Origin: Laetmonice hystrix
Lineage: Eukaryota
Reading direction: 5' to 3'
Length of the DNA stretch: 60,000 nt
Assembly: GCA_965235115.1 (NCBI GenBank)
Contig: OZ249436.1
Coordinates: 49,106,001 to 49,166,000, forward strand
The notes under the pieces were generated by a model, which saw only the letters and a list, made by a program, of their open reading frames with translations, did not search any database and was not told the DNA's origin. Shown piece by piece: positions 52,901 to 60,000 of this stretch. The position numbers were made by a program, and so were the translations under genes. Positions within the stretch are counted from its first letter, which is position 1. Every line of letters begins with the position of its first letter.

Positions 52901-55407
52901 AACCATTAAAGATCAGTTAGTACAGATGAGTTATGAAAAACTGTGAAATTAACAGTACAATAATATATAATGATATCCAGGGAAGAAGAAAAATTGAGTA
53001 AAATACCCAGGCCAAATTATAAGAATCAATAATATATAAATACGAATACTGGCCCGGGCACATGACCGGTACATCAGGTCAGTCAACATATGAAAAACCC
53101 GTGAAAGAAGCAGGCTAATAACATGTCATAATGTCCATGGATAGAAAATTAAATTATTATAATCCACGTAATGATACACATCCATTGATCCCACCCCTGA
53201 ACCAGTCCACTAAACAAGTCATAATATAATACGATGTGAAGGGAACAGGCAGTAACATATCCTAATGTCAGGGATTAGAAAAGGAAATATATTGTAATTA
53301 TCAATACTAATTAAATGCACTGATCCAACCATTGAAGCAGTAAATACAATAAGATAGGTCTAGATTTTGGTAATCCAATGTGAACCCGGAGGGATAAACT
53401 AGTAATGCTGGGATAATTCAAGAAGTAAATTAGATATGAATATGATGAGGGAAATCTATAAAATTGAGACCCCCACGGAACAATACCATAACGTCATATG
53501 CTAGGATCGGAAATTAAATGTTATATTAATAAATAATAATAAATATACAAACCCAGCAATGCAACCTTGAAGCACTACTGGCAACAAATATAAGCTGCTT
53601 TCAATTTAAAGATTTTTTGTCGAGTTGTCCGCTAGACAACCTATATAATATGGAATCATGGTTGTCTGCAGGAATTTCTGGTTGACCCGCACTGTACCAA
53701 TGCCTGGAACATCCTTCGGCTCTTCTTCTTCTTCTTCCTATGCTCCTGTTCCTGGTTTGTTTGTGTGGAATTGGGACTACCCAGTGAACAGGAGACGATT
53801 ATGTCACCTATCATCCACTCGTAGAGAGTCGAACAATCAGGCGGTCGGCCTGCTGTTCCAGAGCCAAATTTGAGGTTATCAAATGGACAACCGTGCCAGA
53901 AAGGCAGGGTTGTAACTTGTACGACCTCGCTTTATGTTGTCTCGTACAACCGGACAACCACTTACTTGAATGCTAAAGGTATTAAATATATTATAATAAA
54001 CAGAATAATGTATCAATCCACCGGTCCCAGACCGAACCAGCGCATAGGTCAATCAAATTAAGTAGAAGAAATGAAAACCACTAAACAACAAGATTAGATA
54101 ATATATTATCTGGGGATATAAAGAATTATAATACTCCATGATAATGATAAAATTTGACTGGTCCTAGACCGAACCATTAGATAAAACAGGGCAAAGCTAC
54201 ATTAATGAGGAGTTAATAATAATAAAGATGAATGCCAGAGTTGAACATTTATATACACTGGACAGACTGCGGGAAACTAAGGTAGATGATATATTGTGAC
54301 TGTAATAAAACGTATAATTATAACGTCTAGAAGGAGATACCGAAATAAATAATATAGTATGGTATAGTAAGTAGATGTATACCATAATGGTATTATAGAG
54401 TATAAGGAGGGATTCAAGCCCCTGTACCTGTGGTTAAACTAAAGAATGCTAGGGCTAGAATAGAAACATTTTAAATATTAATATAACAGAGAGACCAACG
54501 TTGGAGAACGTACTACTTGGATCACATTATATATATTATATATTAAGCTATAATACAATGTAACTATGACATTTCAAATAAGCGGCAGGCTAACGTGACT
54601 TAGACTAGGGCTAACTACAGCTCCTATAACTAGCCTATAGCCAGTATAGGTACCAGTACTACAGAGTGAAAAGTAATTTTATTAGAGTCAATTGAAAACT
54701 AACGTTAGGCCTAACACTGTAGATAGAGTGTTGTAACACTAACGTCGTTAGTTAGGCTACGTTATAAGGTTAGGCTATCGTGAATCAATAATTATAGCCT
54801 AAATCAGGACACAAGTAGCCTAATCAGTAATGATGCCGAATTTAACAGTAGGCCTTTTATCAGACTCTATCCTACTTAACTTATCGTCGACGAAACATCT
54901 TCCCCTTGACATGCGGGCGACTCCCAGTCGGGACGCAGACGCGCACGTGTAAGATTCAAGGACGACGGGCTGCCCTACAAAACTCTTGAGACGGCATGGC
55001 CTACTCAGTCTCCTCAGGCCCGGCCTGTGTCGTCAAGTTAAGCGGGGGAAATGGGATCCCGATCGTCACGAAACCATGGTATCAAACGCCAAAAGAACAC
55101 GTCCAGCAAAACCAGTGATAAACGTCCTATGACGTAGCCAACACGACAAGGAAGGCGCAAGGCAGAATCAAGGCTGCATGCCAAATTGAAAAAATCATGG
55201 ATGTCCGACTGAAGACGTAATGGCGACGATGAGACGCATGTGGAAGATGACCTTGACCTCAACTGTACATGACGTCACGTGTTCCCCTGGCGGAGGCAGG
55301 GGAAATTTGAGTTATCCGGAGATGTAGCGCCCACTTGCGGCTTAGATGAGAATTACCGAGTTCTCCTGCATAAAACTCGTCGAGCCTGCGGCTCCAACGT
55401 TCCTTTA
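49904..55407. mobile_element. Non-coding element with split direct repeats (A-x-B/A-y-B); Crypton/Ngaro-like (tyrosine recombinase) or tandem Helentron-like
   Basis: A repeat 89 bp (49904-49992 = 50582-50670); B repeat 223 bp (50366-50588 = 55185-55407); TCCTTTA at all three junctions; AT-rich interior with repeat arrays and no recognisable ORF. Confidence 0.75.
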
Positions 55408-56246
55408 AGTCTACGTGCACAGTGGATGAGAAGGTGGGATGGGGGTTTACTTTCTCCTGGCTTGTATTGAATAGGATAGATCTATATATATATGTTACAG
55501 GTGGTCATACAAATGTTTTTTTGAATGCCTAAGGCATCCGTCCCGGCTTTAAGTCCAGGCTCCTATCCTTTCCAAAGGTTAATGTGTTTTGTTTGATGTT
55601 AATGTTTTAGGTCTCAAGAGGAAGTATCATTATTTTTGCCACCGGCAGATATTTCGACAAGCAGCCAACGACTGGAATGTGTATCAAACCTTTTGTTGCA
55701 GTTGAAAACCAGAGGACGGCATCAACGTGTGTCAATTAATAATTATTGCTCTATTTGTTATAATAACGCGCGGGAACATGGCAACTATATAGGCCTACCA
55801 GGGGACTATGTACCAGGGGACTATTATCAGGGGACCATGTACCAGAGGTTCTTAGTCCCTCACGTACCTTCTGTATATCTCTGATGAAGCCCACGGGTGA
55901 GCTGTTTGCTGGTATAGAGATGTCACCAGAGAGTTTATTAGGGTCATAAATACTTGGGAAGGCAGTTAGTGTAAGCTCTCTGGCGAAGCACTAAGTATGG
56001 CTGGAGACTTGTGGGGAGTCGGGGCCAGGTTCCTACCGGGGGAGTCATTATACATTTGTAACAGGAGAACGGGTCTCAGGCGGCGCGTATGAAACAAATA
56101 TTATTTATGTGGCTGTCTAGACACTCAGAGAGATAGAGGGGAGAGACAGACAGACAGACAGCTTGAGAAATGAAAATGTTTAAGCTCCTTCAGAGGCCTC
56201 ATTCATGTTTTTCTGATGCTTGGAAATACCTTTCTTTATGTTACAG

Positions 56247-56500
56247 GTACAAAGCTTCTTTCGGGGTTGGCTTTGTCGACGGCGATGGAAACAGATTGTT
56301 GACGAGTACATCCGGTCTGACCACGCAGAGAGCATGCGCAAACGGAACAGCATTGTTTTTGGCATGGTGGAGTGTGAGGAGGAATACGTAAAACAACTCT
56401 CGGCTCTCGTTACCGTCTTCTTACGTCCTCTGAAAATGGCCGCCAGCTCCAAAAAACCACCGATCACGCACGAAGACGTCAACTCGATATTCCTCAACAG
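56247..56500 (+). CDS. RASGRF: RasGRF exon (IQ motif and start of the DH/RhoGEF domain)
   Basis: ttacag|GTA...AACAG|gtgcgc; 254 nt; encodes [84 protein letters not shown](S), highly characteristic of RasGRF1/2. Confidence 0.97.
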
Positions 56501-56901
56501 GTGCGCGTGGTTTTCTTAAACCCTGTCATCATTATTTCACCGTTGTCTAATATGGAGTGCAAGTCTCGTGTCCTTGAGTTGTGATATGTAAATCAGCCAA
56601 AATAGCCTCGAAACGCGTCACTTTGGTCCCTACACGATTGTCACAATTTCTCCATTGGTTTAACATAGGACAAGAAACCACACTTTAAACCATGAACAGT
56701 ATTGAGGTTGGTGCTCATGCTTTGTACAAAAGGTACAAAAATGAAAACGCCCTAACCATGAAATAATAATATTTAGAAATTGACAGTTGTCGGCTCCTAT
56801 GGGATTCGCAATGCTAAAGTGACGAGATTACGACCATGTTAGGACCAAACCGGCGGCTGTTCTCATGTTTCCTCATATTTCCTCTTGACCCACTTGCACA
56901 C

Positions 56902-56999
56902 CCTATTATAAATGTATTCGTTACTATAACTCACCCTATTATAAATTTATTCGTTACTATAACTCACCCTATTATAAATTTATTCGTTACTATAACTCA
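56902..56999 (+). repeat. 33-bp tandem repeat, 3 copies
   Basis: Unit CCCTATTATAAATTTATTCGTTACTATAACTCA. Confidence 0.9.
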
Positions 57000-57071
57000 T
57001 CTAGACCTGTAAACCAATACCAATGTCTGTAAATCTACTCTTTATGATTTTGTAACCTTTTATTATTGCAG

Positions 57072-57151
57072 TGAGACTGTACTGTTCCTGCACCAGATTT
57101 TCATGAAGGGTCTGATGGCGCGGATGGAGAACTGGCCCACGTTGGTACTTG
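57072..57151 (+). CDS. RASGRF: RasGRF exon (DH domain)
   Basis: attgcag|TGAG...CTTG|gtaagc; 80 nt; encodes (S)ETVLFLHQIFMKGLMARMENWPTLVL, matching the RasGRF ETIMFLHQIF...WPTLVL motif; in frame with the previous exon. Confidence 0.95.
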
Positions 57152-59078
57152 GTAAGCCCGTACTTTACTTCCCAAACACAACAATAGGGACACAGTCCTC
57201 GGCGCTGTCACATCATGACCCGAGTCTTCCTAGTCACTAATCCCGTTTGTCAGACGGCTGATGTCTGCAGCTGCTGAATTATAAAACTGCAGGTTTATGG
57301 AGAGGACTAGGAGAAAGGGATGCTAATGTATTCATTTGAAAAGTGCATAACGTTGCGAGGAGTGAGGAAGAAGGTATAGATGTGTGTTTGAGTGCGGTAT
57401 TGTCGCCTCCAGATCTGGAATGTTCTCCCTCACGGCAAACTGTTACGGTTGTGTGTAACTCAAGTGTGTTGGTACAACCGTTTCTATATGGGTATACATC
57501 AGTATGTAATGTTGGCGTATGGCGTAACGCATTGTCCCTAGTACAGTGATCAGTATTATGGTTCAAGTATGTGTCTTAATCGTTATTCTGAGAATGTTCT
57601 AGAATGAGTCAGTTTTCACGTATATAGGTCTCTATTTATACATTTCGAGATGTATAACATGCGTTTTATGTGTACCTCTGTCAATCCACCATCAGGCATG
57701 TACATATCTTAAAGGCGACATGTGTATTATTATGTGCCAATCATGATGTCTTGATCATTATTTGTAGTCAGTCTGTTTCAGTGAGCTATGTATACTTACC
57801 TACCACTAATGAAGCCTCTGTCCTCGCCTAAAGATATAGTATATATCCTGACCTTACATGATGTTACGTATACACATGCATGTGTAGGCCTACATTCATG
57901 CATACATGACGGTACGCCAGATACAGACATGACGTCACACACGTAACGCAGACACGTTTATTGTGCGTTAAAAAAACAAAAAGGCTATTTTATCCAGCTG
58001 AACAGTCCTCGTGGTATTTGTAACTTAACACCTTAACGTCACATGTGTACAGTAATATTCTATATACCAGCAGCTATGCCGCTTTGTTCCTGTGAGCCCA
58101 CTGTGAGTCCGTCATGTATTTCCCTGCTGTTTTTGTTGGGTGGATTTCATTGATCCTGAAGGTCGACAGAAAGCATCAAACAATGGATATCCCGAAAATA
58201 ATAATAGGCCTACAATATTTCTATTTATCTATCTATAGGCGTCCTCCAAAGTTAGATTTCCTTGCCAAATGACATACAAGGTGGGATTGTTATTTGACGT
58301 AGATCTAAACTCGAGCTGGCACATGGTGCGATGAACATCCCCAATGATATAGAGGTTCCGTGAGCCTTTAAAGCTTGGTTGCCTTGGCGATAAACCTTGA
58401 CCTTTCAGACAAAGCTGTTGTTGAAAGGCGGTTTCCAAGGTTACGCTAAGGGCTTCAAACATCAGCGCGAATTATCCTTGGAGCTGAGGCCGGTGGTGTG
58501 GGCCATAGTTGCGGTATAGAGCACTGTGGCTGATGTGAAATTGCCGCGTCTCACAGTCGACCTTTAGCTGATCTAGCACGATGGGAATGATGACGGGATC
58601 TCCGCTCTTTTAGTTTTTGTTGTCGATTAAAGATATTTGTGGAAAATGTTAAACCTATAAATTACAGATGTCTAGACGTATGTATATTTGTAATCACTGA
58701 GCTACATGTGAAAGCTGAAAGTTGCATGTAAAGATATTAAAATAGGCGCAGTAGCTCATACATGCAGACCTCTTGTTTTGACATTTTGAGCATATAGTGC
58801 AAGTAAAGGCGGATACAGTGAGATGGCCATAAGAATAATGAGAGATCACATGAGATGGCTTGGAATCAATCTGAATTCTCATCACATTATACGCTATAGT
58901 TATGGACAATTCAAGTCCTATATTCGCGCCCATGTAATACACATTGTGAGGGACTTCTTCGGCTGGTTTAATAAGGGAACCAGAACTTACGCCTATCTCT
59001 TATAACCAGCACAGAATGAAGCCAACGTCTCGATAGCGGTATTCATAATGTATGTGATTATATATAGGCTGCCATTAA

Positions 59079-59346
59079 AGGACATGTGTAGGCCTACGTT
59101 GAACGCCGTGTTGGCCCGCGCTGTTGTGTACATCAGCACAGAACATAGCTCCCCACATCAATTCCAGAAAAATGAATTGTAGGCGCAGCTACAACTAGGC
59201 CGAGTAGGCCGCCTAGTAAATAATATTACGTGCATTATTTGAAACAGCTAAATCATTTTTTTTAGGTGAGCGGAGTAGGTTATGAAACTGACTTGGGCCA
59301 GATATCCAGGGGGCGCCACCCTCTTCGACACGTATACACTGGTCCT
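59079..59346 (+). mobile_element. Kolobok-like MITE with TTAA TSD
   Basis: TTAA|AGGACATGTGTA ... TACACTGGTCCT|TTAA; purine-purine termini with a TTAA target are typical of Kolobok; second copy at 49641-49906. Confidence 0.8.
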
Positions 59347-60000
59347 TTAAGTTGGTCTAAGTGTCACCGGAAGACTGAAAAAAAAAGAAATCTTAACTTT
59401 GTCGAATCGGTCCGAGTCGGCAACAATTCTTATGAAATCAGCGTTCGCGAATCCAATTTGAATTGGCTACCTTCCAAGTCTTAGTTTACGGATTATATCT
59501 CCTGGTTCTCTTTAATCGTCTTTTTTGGGGGGCCGGTCAGTATCCGATTGCTGGTGTTTCCGATCTGCGCCCTTGGTGACCCAAGGACATGTAGCTATAA
59601 CATTGAATGGGCGACCCTGGACTGGGTCTGCATTGTCAAACCAACATCTCCCTAGACCCTGAGTCCGGAACGAGGCTTGCTGGCATGGCGGCGCTCCGAA
59701 AACGAGGCTTGGCGCGGTGAAAGATGGATTGTCGGTTGGTCGTGCGTGTGCCATGAGAGCAGCTTGCTCTCGCCGTGCAGGTAGGCATTATCAATGCCGT
59801 CAGTCGGCTGCAGGTCAGAGGGAGAGAGACGTGGCTTCTGGCTGCCTATCTGTCATTGGTTGTTAACACCAGACCATACCAAGGGCGTAGACAAGGGGGA
59901 AGCCCCCCCCCTCGATTTTTAAGGGTAGCCTATAATAACCTATATCCTTTGTGCCCCAGGGTGTTTTCTAGCACAGTCTGTTAACAACCCCCAGATTTTA

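Noticed and set aside
50671..55184. Coding capacity (RT, tyrosine recombinase, RepHel) inside the split-repeat element
   Set aside because: Only short ORFs (100 aa or less) without recognisable motifs; treated as non-autonomous
49641..59346. ~250-bp inverted repeats 9.4 kb apart as TIRs of a giant transposon capturing two RasGRF exons
   Set aside because: The 59079 copy has its own short TIRs and TTAA on both sides, and the two copies are diverged; better explained as two independent MITE insertions

Overview
Animal (probably marine invertebrate) genomic DNA lying inside one large, intron-rich gene on the + strand, a RasGRF-family guanine nucleotide exchange factor. Five internal coding exons splice in frame and encode the end of the PH domain, the coiled coil, the IQ motif and the start of the DH domain. 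The first and later exons were not found in the window. The introns hold about 10 minisatellites, a (TTC)n tract, a 5'-truncated L2/CR1-type LINE, a probable SINE and many non-autonomous DNA transposons (hAT-, Harbinger-, Tc1/pogo-, Kolobok- and Helentron-like). The most unusual feature is a young, non-coding 5.5-kb insertion (49904-55407) with an A-x-B/A-y-B split-repeat layout. It has the same 7-bp core (TCCTTTA) at all three junctions, and an inverted repeat plus mini-hairpin that come together only at the internal junction, pointing to a circular intermediate. Also notable: a candidate 8-nt/3-nt microexon, a 2-kb foldback transposon structure, CAG-ended MITEs with 5-, 6- and 8-bp TSDs, and one case where the frequent TAGGCCTA motif corresponds to a GGCCTA indel at a TA site. 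All family assignments are by eye, without database searches.
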